This document shows positions 1 through 12,613 of a stretch of 42,645 nucleotides of DNA, one piece after another. The notes beneath the pieces were generated by a model, which worked only from the letters and a program-made list of their open reading frames with translations, had not been told where the DNA came from and did not search any database. How positions within the stretch are numbered: position 1 is the stretch's first letter; each line of letters opens with the position of its first letter. Source of the stretch: Octopus sinensis (taxonomy: Eukaryota). The stretch is from assembly GCF_006345805.1 (NCBI RefSeq), contig NW_021835199.1:1-42645 (forward strand), written 5' to 3'. The position numbers were made by a program, and so were the translations under genes.

Positions 1-383
1 GACTCCTTAATGATTAATGAAACATTACATCACGGCAAAGAAGCCGTTTTCGTCAGATGACAGCATAGACTTCACACACAAAGGGCAAACCAACTGCTTT
101 GACATATTCATATCACCAACGGAGCTCAAATACTTACGTTGATTCTGCAGTTATATCTTTGGCAGAATAGTCAATGTAGTGTCGGACCTACTAGAATTTA
201 GAAGTTAGTCGAGATTATAGTGTGGGGTAAGAATAATTGACAATAGTGACCTAGTTACCAACACTTCGAAGACAATAGGGGGGGGGACGAGAAATAAGAA
301 ACTGCGAGCAGCGTCTCAACCAATCTATTTGAATAAATGTAATTCTGCTCCTCTTAATCGGTCGGACTTTCCCCCTCTATTCA
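1..383. mobile_element. Terminal fragment of an unclassified retroelement repeat (LTR-like or Penelope pLTR-like)
   Basis: Complex non-coding sequence with AATAAA, ending in TTCA at the microsatellite edge. Minus strand has CTGACGA followed by an ACGGC/GCCGT stem, resembling a degraded hammerhead. No ORF. Confidence 0.25.
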
Positions 384-511
384 ATGCACTTCACATACTC
401 TGATGCACATGTGTTGTGTGTGAGTGTGTGTGAGTGTGTGTGTGTGTGTATATATATGTATGTATGTATGTATATTTATATATGTGAATATAGTTACATA
501 TATGTGATTGC

Positions 512-547
<36 letters not shown>

Positions 548-720
548 GCATATATGTGTGTGATATATAGATATATATGCGTATATAATATATATATATA
601 TATATATATATTATATACATCCATATACATTTACACATATGTGTATACACATGTGTATGTATATGTATGTATGTGTACAACCTATATGAAGATATCTCTA
701 GATATGTGTACACATGCGCA
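384..720. repeat. Compound (TG)n/(TA)n/(TATG)n microsatellite
   Basis: Direct reading; the overlapping ORFs are YI/CV/TH repeats. Confidence 0.9.
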
Positions 721-875
721 GTCGCGTTAGCAAATTGGAAGTGTTTAATTCAAGCGATTTCCTTTTTGTAATATTTCCGTTCTATCGTAGATTTCAGAAA
801 TATTTTCCTCTTCTAAGTGGATACATATGTTACACCTACAACATACACTCACACACTATCACTTCACTTCTTCGC

Positions 876-909
<34 letters not shown>

Positions 910-1073
910 CTTGTTGTTGGTGTTTTGTATTTTGTAATATATTTTATTTGCAATCTATTTTTATTTTCTAAACTGACATCAAGGTGTTCAGTCAATACAC
1001 ACTCGCACGCATGCATATATGCAAATGTGTATTCACACACACACATTTATCTATCTAGCTATCTATCATATAT

Positions 1074-1114
<41 letters not shown>

Positions 1115-1329
1115 CACACACACACACCTATATATGTCATATATTTACACATATTTGTGTGTGTGTGTGTGTGTGTATTTCTGTTTGTAATTAGTCAGCC
1201 ACACGCACCTACAAACCTATGGCTACGCTAAATGATACACGGTGGTTCAAGATAAATCGTAAGTATTTTTAATTCGGAATGCATATGTGTATTCTGACAT
1301 TAGTAAATGCTTAAGAATTGATACACCGT

Positions 1330-1615
1330 CAGTTGCGACGAAGACTATTTCTTTTGTTTGATCAATGGATCTTCGTCGGTTTTGAGGATGAGTATACAGT
1401 TGTTCCATCAACTGGTCAGACAGTCTGCTCACTGGTTTAGCGTGCAAAGTGGCTGAATGTTCCGCAGAAACGCATGCATTTGATGTAATTTTTCGGCAAC
1501 ATAAGTGGACATAAGGCAGCATGGGTGAGCCCCTAAATTACAATATATTGATCCAGCCACGTGGGATCGAATTGGGCACTTTCTGAGAGCTAAGTGAATT
1601 TTCTAGACTGACATA
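1330..1615 (-). mobile_element. Decayed tRNA-derived SINE (family 3)
   Basis: GTTGCGACGA...CAGTCTGCTC...GCAAAGTGGCTGA...GGGATCGAA segments resemble an octopus SINE body as I recall it; highly diverged. Confidence 0.4.
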
Positions 1616-2053
1616 CCTGTAAGTCTATTGCAAGGAAACAAACATACACGAACAACTACTTATGCACATGCACACGGGTTATACGCATGTATAAATCATT
1701 CATGTCTATATATATATATGTACATGTATTTATGTATACAAACACACACATGCATGTACAAGCACACATACATGTATATGTATACATAAACACACATACA
1801 TACATCCACATAAACACATACATATACATACATTATTCCCACGATTTTTTAAAATCTTTTCTTAATTCTTTGTTTCAAAGATCATCCGTTCTTATCTGCA
1901 TTGTTATAGGATATGGTTGTGCACTCTAGAAATTAATTACGAAAATCATCGATGCTCACAAAACTCTAAGTAATAAAAGAGAATAATATCAGCTCTACAG
2001 TATTGTGTGTTTGTGTGTGTGTGCGTGTGTGTGTGTGCATTATGTATGCATGC

Positions 2054-2087
<34 letters not shown>

Positions 2088-3036
2088 ATATATATATATA
2101 TATATATAATATATATATAGATATATATATATACATATATATATATATCCATACTCCTCACTCCCTTTATTTCTTTCACTCATCCTCTCTCTTGTCCCCT
2201 TTCCCCTCTGCCTGCTGCTCACATGTGACTACAAGCCATTTTTCTTGTCTTTCTGTCTTATCTGGACGGGATGTCCACTAGCTGGACGTCATTTCTCTCG
2301 CCTCTCGATATCTTTTTTTCTCTTCTATTTATTCTACACCCTTTCAAAATGTCTCCCAGCCGTTACCCATTACAATTCGTCTTGGCTTCACAGTCCTAAA
2401 CGGTTGTCTTCGTCCACACAGATGTATCGTTTGTTCGTTCGACGTCCTAACTCTCCACAAATTTTATATTTCTAAAATTTCTGGATGCTGCTGTTTTATG
2501 AAATCTTCCTGTCTTGTTGTTAAAAGCACGCAACAGGTCGACAATTGAGGCGGAGACTTCTTTTGGTATTTTGTCTCGTACTTGTCTCACGTTATGTGTT
2601 TACGTATTTTTCGGTCGTTGGTGATGTCCTGTACGTAATGTATATTTTTTCATGTTTATGGATATATATAATATATATCAGTGGCGACCCCGGCACTCAA
2701 GCTGTTCGGGCTTAGCCCGTGTATAAATTTAGTAAAGTGAACGTGTATTTGCAAACTGATTTAATTTCTGTCAACACCGACTTCAAGTCGTATGTCGTAT
2801 GTCCAAAGTTGGCCAAATGAGTTTTTTTCCAATATTTATTTTTGCTTGCAATAGCCGGTTCTTTTGGTCAAACTATCGTATCTCCAGCTACTTCGAATGC
2901 CAAGATACGAAAATTGTCAAAATGCAGTACAACGGTCTTGTTAATGTAAAAAGAAACGGAATGAAGAAACTACATTTTCGTTTTCTGAAAAAGCAACGTT
3001 TTGGAGTGTTGACACTTTTTCCATAATAGCAACGAT

Positions 3037-3088
<52 letters not shown>

Positions 3089-3807
3089 ACACACATACAC
3101 ACACGCATATATATATATATATATATATATATACACGCACATATATATGTACACACACAAACACACGCACACATGCGTACACACACACACTCACATGTAC
3201 ATACACACAAAGACACATGGGTATTTGTATAGGAATGAAGTGATAAAGGTCTGGAGGGTAATTTAACAAGGCTGCACATCTGGGTAGGTGATTTTTTTTC
3301 TTTTTCCAGTGGTTAAGTGCACCAATTAGTGCATTTGACAGAGAAAGGAAAAACAAGAGAGAAATGGAAATGAGGTTGGAAAAGAGAGGGCAGTGCTGCT
3401 AGACAGATGAGGGGAAACAGAAGCCATCGCAGTAATAGGAGACAGGTAAGCTGGGAAAAAGAGAACTTGGTAAATAGTCGATGAGAAGTCAGAAGCGTTG
3501 AGAGCTTGTGTGTATTAAAGAGAGAAACAGAGAGAGAGAGAGAGAGAGAGAGAGCGAAAGAGAAAGACTGACAGACAGAACAGCAATATGTTTGTAGAGT
3601 ATTCAAATGTAGGCTACACATCAGGTTCATAGTTGCAATACTTCATATGTATGATATATATATATATATATATATACATGTGTGTGCGTGCGCGTTTCTA
3701 TGAAAACACACACACACACACATGCGTGTCTATATAACGCCTCTAGGATTATCAGCAAAGACAATGAGGTAACCAAGAGCTACCTTCTATCTATCTATCT
3801 ATCTATA

Positions 3808-3863
<56 letters not shown>

Positions 3864-3956
3864 TGTGTGTGTTGTGTGTGTGATGTGTGTGTGTGTGCGT
3901 ATGTATACATATTTATATATATACATACATACATACATATATATATAATATATATA

Positions 3957-4015
<59 letters not shown>

Positions 4016-4047
4016 GTATGTATATATATATATGTGTGTGTGTGTGA

Positions 4048-4206
4048 ATGGATGGATAGATGGCTGGATGGCTGGATGGATGGATGGATGGATGGATGGA
4101 TGGATGGATGAATGGATGGATGGATGGATGGATGGATGGATGGATGGATGGATGGCTGGATGGATGGATGGATGGATGGATGGATGGATGGATGGATGGA
4201 TGGATG
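4048..4206. repeat. (GGAT)n tetranucleotide microsatellite
   Basis: About 40 GGAT units with GGCT/GAAT variants. Confidence 0.95.
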
Positions 4207-4266
4207 AGTAGGCAGAGAGACAGACAGACAAATAGATAGATATACATATGTATGTACGTACGGATG

Positions 4267-4297
<31 letters not shown>

Positions 4298-4299
<2 letters not shown>

Positions 4300-4883
4300 C
4301 GTATTTGCATAAGACTTGATGTGTGTCATAGCCAACAAACAGGTGCGTTCTCTGCTCCTCTGCCACTGTAACCTGTCATGCGTCATAACCAATTATTGAT
4401 TTATATAATGCAAATTGTTGTGTAGACATGCATGAATATATAAATATACATATACCCATATATATATATATATATATACATGAAGACATACACATATACA
4501 TATATTCATATATACACGAGTATACATGTATACAGATGAATGTATGTATATACATTTATATGTGTATGTATGTATGTATGTATGTACGTGTGTATGAATA
4601 TTTATGCAAGTATTCATATATGCATATATTCGTGTGTGCGTGTATATATATATACGCAAGCATGTATATATGTTTGTACATGTATATGTGTCTGTGTTTG
4701 TGTGTGTAGTTATATATATCCGTGCCCGTATGCGCCTTTCATATTATTGATCCTATATAACGTTACTAACGGTAACAAAAATGTTGGTAATTAGTTGATG
4801 CGGCGCTAAAAAAAATAATGAAATGAGGAGCAGACACGTCCAGCAACGAGAACAGTCGGCTTCTGACTGAGGATCTTGTTTCC

Positions 4884-4944
<61 letters not shown>

Positions 4945-4952
4945 ATATATAT

Positions 4953-5009
<57 letters not shown>

Positions 5010-5591
5010 ATATATATACATGAAGACATACACATATACATATATTCATATATACACGAGTATACATGTATACAGATGAATGTATGTATATACATTTATA
5101 TGTGTATGTATGTATGTATGTATGTATGTATGTATGTATGTATGTATGTATGTATGTCGTATTTGCATAAGACTTGATGTGTGTCATAGCCAACAAACAG
5201 GTGCGTTCTCTGCTCCTCTGCCACTGTAACCTGTCATGCGTCATAACCAATTATTGATTTATATAATGCAAATTGTTGTGTAGACATGCATGAATATATA
5301 AATATACATATACCCATATATATATATATATATACATGAAGACATACACATATACATATATTCATATATACACGAGTATACATGTATACAGATGAATGTA
5401 TGTATATACATTTATATGTGTATGTATGTATGTCGTATTTGCATAAGACTTGATGTGTGTCATAGCCAACAAACAGGTGCGTTCTCTGCTCCTCTGCCAC
5501 TGTAACCTGTCATGCGTCATAACCAATTATTGATTTATATAATGCAAATTGTTGTGTAGACATGCATGAATATATAAATATACATATACCC

Positions 5592-5622
<31 letters not shown>

Positions 5623-6100
5623 ATGTATGTATGTATGTATGTATGTATGTATGTATGTATGTATGTATGTATGTATGTACGTGTGTATGAATATTTATGC
5701 AAGTATTCATATATGCATATATTCGTGTGTGCGTGTATATATATATACGCAAGCATGTATATATGTTTGTACATGTATATGTGTCTGTGTTTGTGTGTGT
5801 AGTTATATATATCCGTGCCCGTATGCGCCTTTCATATTATTGATCCTATATAACGTTACTAACGGTAACAAAAATGTTGGTAATTAGTTGATGCGGCGCT
5901 AAAAAAAATAATGAAATGAGGAGCAGACACGTCCAGCAACGAGAACAGTCGGCTTCTGACTGAGGATCTTGTTTCCTATATATATATATATATACATGAA
6001 GACATACACATATACATATATTCATATATACACGAGTATACATGTATACAGATGAATGTATGTATATACATTTATATGTGTATGTATGTATGTCGTATTT
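4298..6100. repeat. Mosaic local tandem duplication (blocks A-B-C-B-A-B-A-C-B)
   Basis: Apparently identical blocks: A at 4298, 5156, 5432; B at 4479, 5019, 5335, 5995; C at 4585, 5678. All junctions fall in (TA)n or (TATG)n. Confidence 0.92.
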
Positions 6101-6321
6101 CCGATAGAGTCTTAGATTTAGACGCACACACACACACACACACACACGAACACACACGCACGCACACACACACACACGCGAACACACACAAACACACACA
6201 CACACACGAATACACACGCACGAACACACACGCATACACACACACTCATACACACAGAAGCACACTCACATACACATACGCACGCACACACTCATACACT
6301 TGTACGTAGACTGCACCATTT

Positions 6322-6492
6322 AGTTTTTACTTGCTTCAGTCGCTGGACTGCGGCCATACTGTGACACCGCCTTTGTTTTGCCGAATGAATTTGTCTTTCC
6401 GCCTTGTTTGTCGAACGGCTAAGTAATGGGGACGTAAACACACCAACACCAATCGTCAGGTGATGGTGGGAGACAAATACAGGCACAAAGAT
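6322..6492 (-). mobile_element. tRNA-derived CORE-like SINE (family 1), 3' part with internal deletion
   Basis: GACTGCGGCCAT...CTAAGT...GGGACGTAAACACACCAACACC is shared with many other copies in the window. Confidence 0.8.
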
Positions 6493-7616
6493 ACACACAC
6501 ACACATAAATATAAAGAGATAGATATATATTTGTGTGTCTGTGCCTGTCTGAGTGTGTGTATATGTATATAATATATGTATGCACATATATAACCGTTTA
6601 TGTGAATCTATATACAAGTATGAATGCGTATAGACATGTATGTATAAAAAGACGAAGGTAGGCGTAGTGGAAAGGGGACGGCTATCAGGCCATCTGTGGT
6701 GTTTAACCATACGTGTATGTATGTCACTATGACTTACTCCTACCCCTTCTTCACTGGTCTGATACCTCTACCTACCCCCACCCAAATCTCAATATCAACA
6801 AAATGGCTACCGAAAATTACCCAAGGGGTGCCTTCTGCACACTAAATACACAGATGCTAGCCTCTCCCATGTAGCATAGTAAATTTGAAAATTTTCGATT
6901 AACCGAGATAATCTGGGCAATTAGTTGATAGCCGGTCCCTCTTGAAGGGTATTTGAGATCTAAAAACAACAATTAGTGTGAGAACCTAAATAGAATTAAT
7001 TAACTGAAATTTCGAAAATATAGATAATGAAAATTCGTTCCAGTGTTTCTTATTTCTTTTTCTTTTCTTTTCTTTTTCTTTATTTTCCCCAAGATTCCTC
7101 GATACAAAAAAAATACCAAACTTAAAATTAACTACTGGGGCGATTTGTTCAACGAAACGTTTGAAGGTGATGCTCCAGTGTGGCCGCAATCACAAAATCT
7201 TAAATCAGTAAAAGGCCAAAGAATGAAAATTCACTCCCCTGCTACATTTTCCTTTTGTGCCCCTCCCCGCACTTCGCCTACACCCTATTGCAATCAACTG
7301 ATTTTATTGGAGTGATCTCCCTTGATTTTTAATTTTAGATTCTAAACACCTTAAAACATTTCGTTTTTGTACTCGATTCGGAAGGTTCTTGATATAAACT
7401 TGCATATTGAAACATATTCTATCGTATCCCAGGATACAGTGAGCCAGTGCATTTGTTTACTATTGACACAATGACGCTCCTAGGAGATAACAAAACAATT
7501 CAATGGAGTTTTTGTTAATCGAAAACTCCAGTTTCTCGAAGTTTCTCTTTCCTTCTTCTCACTACATTTCCTTCGTCCCGTTATCACAATGTTCTTATCG
7601 ACCTCGGCAGAATTCG

Positions 7617-7650
<34 letters not shown>

Positions 7651-7653
<3 letters not shown>

Positions 7654-7790
7654 GTTTCAAATTTTGAAACACGGGCAGCCATTTTGGGGGAGGGGTATGA
7701 GTCGATTAAATCAACCGCAGTATTCAGATGGTATTTATTTTATTGACTCCGAAAGAATGAAAGGTAAAGTCGACATCAGCGGAATTTAAT
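7651..7790 (-). mobile_element. tRNA-derived SINE (family 2), 3' part, between (TAA)n tracts
   Basis: GAAAGAATGAAAGGTAAAGTCGAC...GCGGAATTT matches the copies at 17062 and 18783. Confidence 0.75.
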
Positions 7791-7797
7791 AATAATG

Positions 7798-7845
<48 letters not shown>

Positions 7846-7918
7846 CCATATATATATTTGTGTGTGTGTGTGATTGTTACTTGTGAGGTGCAATCCTTTA
7901 AATTCTTTGTTTAGAACT

Positions 7919-8008
<90 letters not shown>

Positions 8009-8438
8009 GCGTGTGTGCGTGTGTGTGTGTGTGTATGTGCGTGTGTCTGTATGTGTCTGTGTGTGTATGTGTGTGTGTATGCCTCTCGCTGTTGCAAAGC
8101 AAGTTATCATTTGAGAGAAAAGACGGCGTGAAAGATAAAGAGAAATAGTTGCAAGAGAGGAAGAGTGAGAGAGAGAGAAAGGGGGAGGAGAGAAGGGGGG
8201 AGATAGGAGCGGGGGAGAGGGGTGGGAGAGAAGAAGAATAAAGGGAGAATGGAAGAGATATAAACAGTAAAATGAGAGCAAAAGACGGGGCAGACAACAG
8301 CTGTGATGGTGGCGGTTGTGGTGGTGGTGGTTTCAGTGGTGGAGGGGGTAGTCGGCGATAACGATTGTGGGGGTGGAGGCTCGTCGGGTTGTAGGTGTAG
8401 CCGAAGTGATAAACTGCAGTAACACTATCAGTTAAGCG

Positions 8439-8472
<34 letters not shown>

Positions 8473-8556
8473 CCTACGTATATACACACCTATAGGCATA
8501 GATACGTTCCCATTCAGGCAAGATATACACGCACATATTATAACACTCATGCGGAC

Positions 8557-8594
<38 letters not shown>

Positions 8595-8683
8595 ATGTGT
8601 GTAAGAGAGAGAGAGAGAGAGAGAGTTTAAATATATGAAGCACAGAAACATATTTACCTTGCTTTGTCAGTAAACAGATCGCA

Positions 8684-8737
<54 letters not shown>

Positions 8738-8853
8738 TTATAAACAGATTCATGCTTGCATGCACTCACACATATTTTACACTAAGTACACACGAACATA
8801 CAAATGTATATATACATATATACGCAAGTATGTATGCATCTATGCATATTATA

Positions 8854-8891
<38 letters not shown>

Positions 8892-8900
8892 CATATATAT

Positions 8901-8980
<80 letters not shown>

Positions 8981-9224
8981 TAATAAAGGGTTTTTTTGCA
9001 ACAAGTTGCTTAAACCACATACTGAAAATATTAGAAATAGCAGTAAAGGGCTACTATTACTATTACTACAAAAAGAAGTCTCCACAAACAACTGTATTTG
9101 TAACTCATATATGGTAAAAGAAGAAAGGAAAACAACGAAAACACACAGTCTACTGGATTAATTATGGACGATCGTGTCTGGATTAGAATCGTAAAGTTCA
9201 TTTCCTTATCAACATAATATTTCC

Positions 9225-9328
9225 CATAAATCTAGAAATGCTAGAAAAAAACTTACCTCTTATATATTCGATCAAGCGACATCGAAAGATATAAGAGGTA
9301 CGTTTTTCCTAGCATTTCTAGATTTATG
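9225..9328. repeat. 104-nt near-perfect inverted repeat (about 46-bp stem, 8-nt loop)
   Basis: CATAAATCTAGAAATGCTAG-AAAAAAACTTACCTCTTATAT...TTCGAT / ATCGAA...ATATAAGAGGTACGTTTTTC-CTAGCATTTCTAGATTTATG, loop CAAGCGAC. Confidence 0.9.
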
Positions 9329-9684
9329 AGTGTGTATATATGTGTATATATGTGTATATACATATACATATATATTCACAACACATGCAAACATAACTAC
9401 ATAGACATATACGTGTATACATACATACACCCCGTGCACGCGCACACACGCACACACACACACACACAAACACATACTATCATATATACATATAGAGACA
9501 CATATAGTTTGTAAGTTCTGAGACGCAGTGAATGTTTATATAAACTACTCTTAAAAGTTGTGCGCCATCTAAATAAGTGAGCTTCGAAGAAAAATTATGG
9601 AAAATAAGTTTCTTTTGCGTCTAAAAGTCTCTTCTGTCTTAAATTCCTTTCCAACTGTCTATCTTGGCCTCAATCTTCATCGAT

Positions 9685-9793
<109 letters not shown>

Positions 9794-9794
9794 C

Positions 9795-9868
<74 letters not shown>

Positions 9869-10779
9869 TGTGTGTAATATTTTTGTTCTGCTTCTCACCA
9901 TTAGTTTTCTGGGGCCGGGTACCGTTATCGTAATTGTAGTTATCCCATCTTGTGTCCTGAGATTCCAATATCATTCGTCCCTTCATGTCGTGCCAGAAGG
10001 ATAGAATATTAAAGTTGTACGGCGGATGGAGTGGAGAAGACAATTCAACAGCCACTACGGGGATATTAGCGTCGTATTGTATTAAGGTTTTGACTTTGGT
10101 GTCTTTAAGTTTAACATCTATTTCAGGCATGAAGACGCTGGGAGTTCTCCAAATATTTATACTTCGCTGTGGTTTGCACTTTTGAGATGAATCATTCAAC
10201 ACTAGAGGGCATTACGGCTCATAGTACACAGCAGACGTGTGCGTGTGTACATGTGAGTATGTGTGTGTGTGTGTGTGCTTATATACATATACACATATAT
10301 GTACATACCACTATATATCTATGTATGTATGCATATGTATGCATGTATGTATGTGTGTGTGTGTATGTATGTATGTATGTATGTATGTATGTATGTATGT
10401 ATGTATGTGGAGAAAGAGAGAGACTTGACTCTGGATCGTATTAGGGAGATCTATTACAGAATCGGACAGAATTTTTGGGGTGCTTATTCCGATTTGTTGT
10501 GTCATGAGTTCAGTTTTTGCCATGGTTTTCTTGTGAGCAAAAAACCGTCTCATCTGGTTTAACGCCACAAACTCGACCTTGAGCATCTGTAGTGGAGTTA
10601 TTCGGGCCGCAGATCTTCAGTCTGAGGTTTCCTTCCTCTCTTCCCACCTCCACTAGCTTCAAAGCCCCACCCCCACCATCTTGTGGTCCCATGTGTACTG
10701 ACCTTCCTAAACATTATTTACTATCAGGAAGTGTTGGTCTTCATCATAGGTCTTCTCAATTAGACCTTATCTGGAACTG

Positions 10780-11110
10780 AACCCTTATACCAACAGCACA
10801 ACTATACTACACTCTGCAGGGAACTACTATTGTCCGCGGAGTCCACACTGACTCTGAGTAATGGCATTGCCTCCGGAAAAAAGTTCACTTACCAATACTT
10901 CAAAGCAATGAGGGTAGGTCTATACAAATCCTGCATCCGGTTAACTACTCGGCTCATGGCACTTGTTGTACCAGACCAACACAACTTTGAAGGGCGAGAT
11001 GGTGGAACTGGTTCTGCACAAACCCTGCTCACCTCAATAATATCTAACGTGAGGCTTGTTTAGCAAACCAAGACCTCCAACAGCAATGCCATCACGCTTT
11101 ATTCGTAAGT
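10780..11110 (+). pseudogene. Possible highly decayed non-LTR reverse transcriptase fragment (early RT subdomains)
   Basis: ...AMRVGLYKSCIRLTTRLMALVVPDQHNFEGRDGGTGSAQTLLTSIISNVR loosely follows the pattern RPI..LYK...RL...QxGF..DG...LL..II of R2/NeSL-like RTs; weak. Confidence 0.3.
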
Positions 11111-12613
11111 CCAGCGGAAAAGGTGACGGGAACAGGTAGTGACTGCTACTGGATGACTTCATCTTTGATCTTACATTCAGAGGACCAGAGGTGATGGTCG
11201 CTTCCACAGTCTTACAGCGTGTAGCTGAGTCTTGCAGAGCGTTCATTACTCAAAAACACAGATCACCATCAACATCCATCACCACCACCACCACCATATA
11301 TCTACTCCAGATTACACTCCAATACACATCATTGCACAACACAACAACACATTGAAGATGGGTAGTCTGGTATCCCGTCCAGGTGGGGCTTTTTGCAAAC
11401 TTAATGGCTTATACCGCTCGGAAAATGGAAGAAGCTCCCGCTTAACCAACCTCAAGACAGATTTTAGCTTTAATTGCACAATAATCAACACACTTTTCTA
11501 TCACAGGGAATACTATACACCTCTTCACTATTCTACACTATACAGCGTTACTCTACAAAAAATTTCAGCCCATCCATATGTATACATACCAGTACATGTG
11601 TGTATACATATATATATTTGTATAAATACACATACATATATACACATATATATGTATACATATATACATGTGTATATGTGTAAATCTTTTCAATAAACTG
11701 TTTACAATAACACCAACAGCAACAAGCAGCTGACTTGGAATCTAAATATATGTATACATAAACACACGTGCATCAACTCATCAACAGATGCAGACAGACA
11801 GACGTTATATACATCTATGCATGCATATCTTTTAAAACATATGAGCGGAAGCATCCTGGTACATTCCTGCGTAGACATATATACGCAAGCCTACAGACTA
11901 TTTGCTGCATACATCCATACATCAATGCATATGCATATCTCGTACAGAGACGGACATATATACATACATGCACGCACATAAATACATATAATACATACGT
12001 AAACACAAACTGATTTTAACCTGTTAGTCTGTTTTAAATTTTACGAACTATACAGGAAAACACAATGATCCGCAAACACAACTCACTCACAGATACAAAC
12101 GTTCACACACACACACATACATACACATACACACACACACACGCACACACACATACACACACTCACACAGAGGCGGTGAAGTTGGAGATGGAAAGCTAAA
12201 ATACGCGAAAAATATTTCATAGTACAATGAACTTTTGTTAGCTGTATTTGCTTGCGTATGTGTGGTGAATATATATATGAAAGAATGCATGGAGGTATGC
12301 GTATTTGTATTTGTGGTGATGGTAGTGGTGGTGGTGGTGGTGGTGAGTGAATGTGTGTGTGTGTGTGTGTGTGTATGTGTGTGCGTGTGTGTGTGATCAC
12401 TAACATCATCGTCATCGTAATCATCATTGTCGCCCTCATTTTACACCTACTGTTCCCAAACGGGTTAAGCGGGTCACGGGGATCCAAGTCAGCCTTCAAT
12501 TGGTTTTACTGCCCTCTTTGGCGGGTCAGGACACAAGATGCAACGTTTCCTCTGTCGTTCTTGGAGGCATGGTTGCTCTTTATAATGTCAAGCACTTCGA
12601 CGAATACGTAGAG

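Noticed and set aside
2679-3030. hAT-like MITE starting CAGTGGCGACCCC
   Set aside because: No convincing matching terminal inverted repeat or TSD; the nearest GCCACTG lies in the duplicated block A with little further identity.
4298-6100. CRISPR-like repeat-spacer array
   Set aside because: Blocks are 90-300 nt identical duplications without unique spacers, in eukaryotic DNA with no cas genes.
8270-8416. Minus-strand CTGCAG|TTTATCAC... giving (V)YHFGYTYNPTSLHPH..., vaguely like RBM24 exon 3 (FAFG..QLHP)
   Set aside because: Weak polypyrimidine tract, no usable donor downstream, and the frame runs into (GGT)n and (GA)n repeats; the similarity is only FG...LHP.
10560-11250. rRNA or mitochondrial (NUMT) fragment
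   Set aside because: Only a short GAGAAGACC-like word; no extended match to conserved rRNA motifs that I know.
9947-12541. 15-nt inverted match TCAGGACACAAGATG (about 9947-9961 versus 12527-12541)
   Set aside because: One 15-mer match is about what chance gives in a 42-kb two-strand comparison, and it does not extend.
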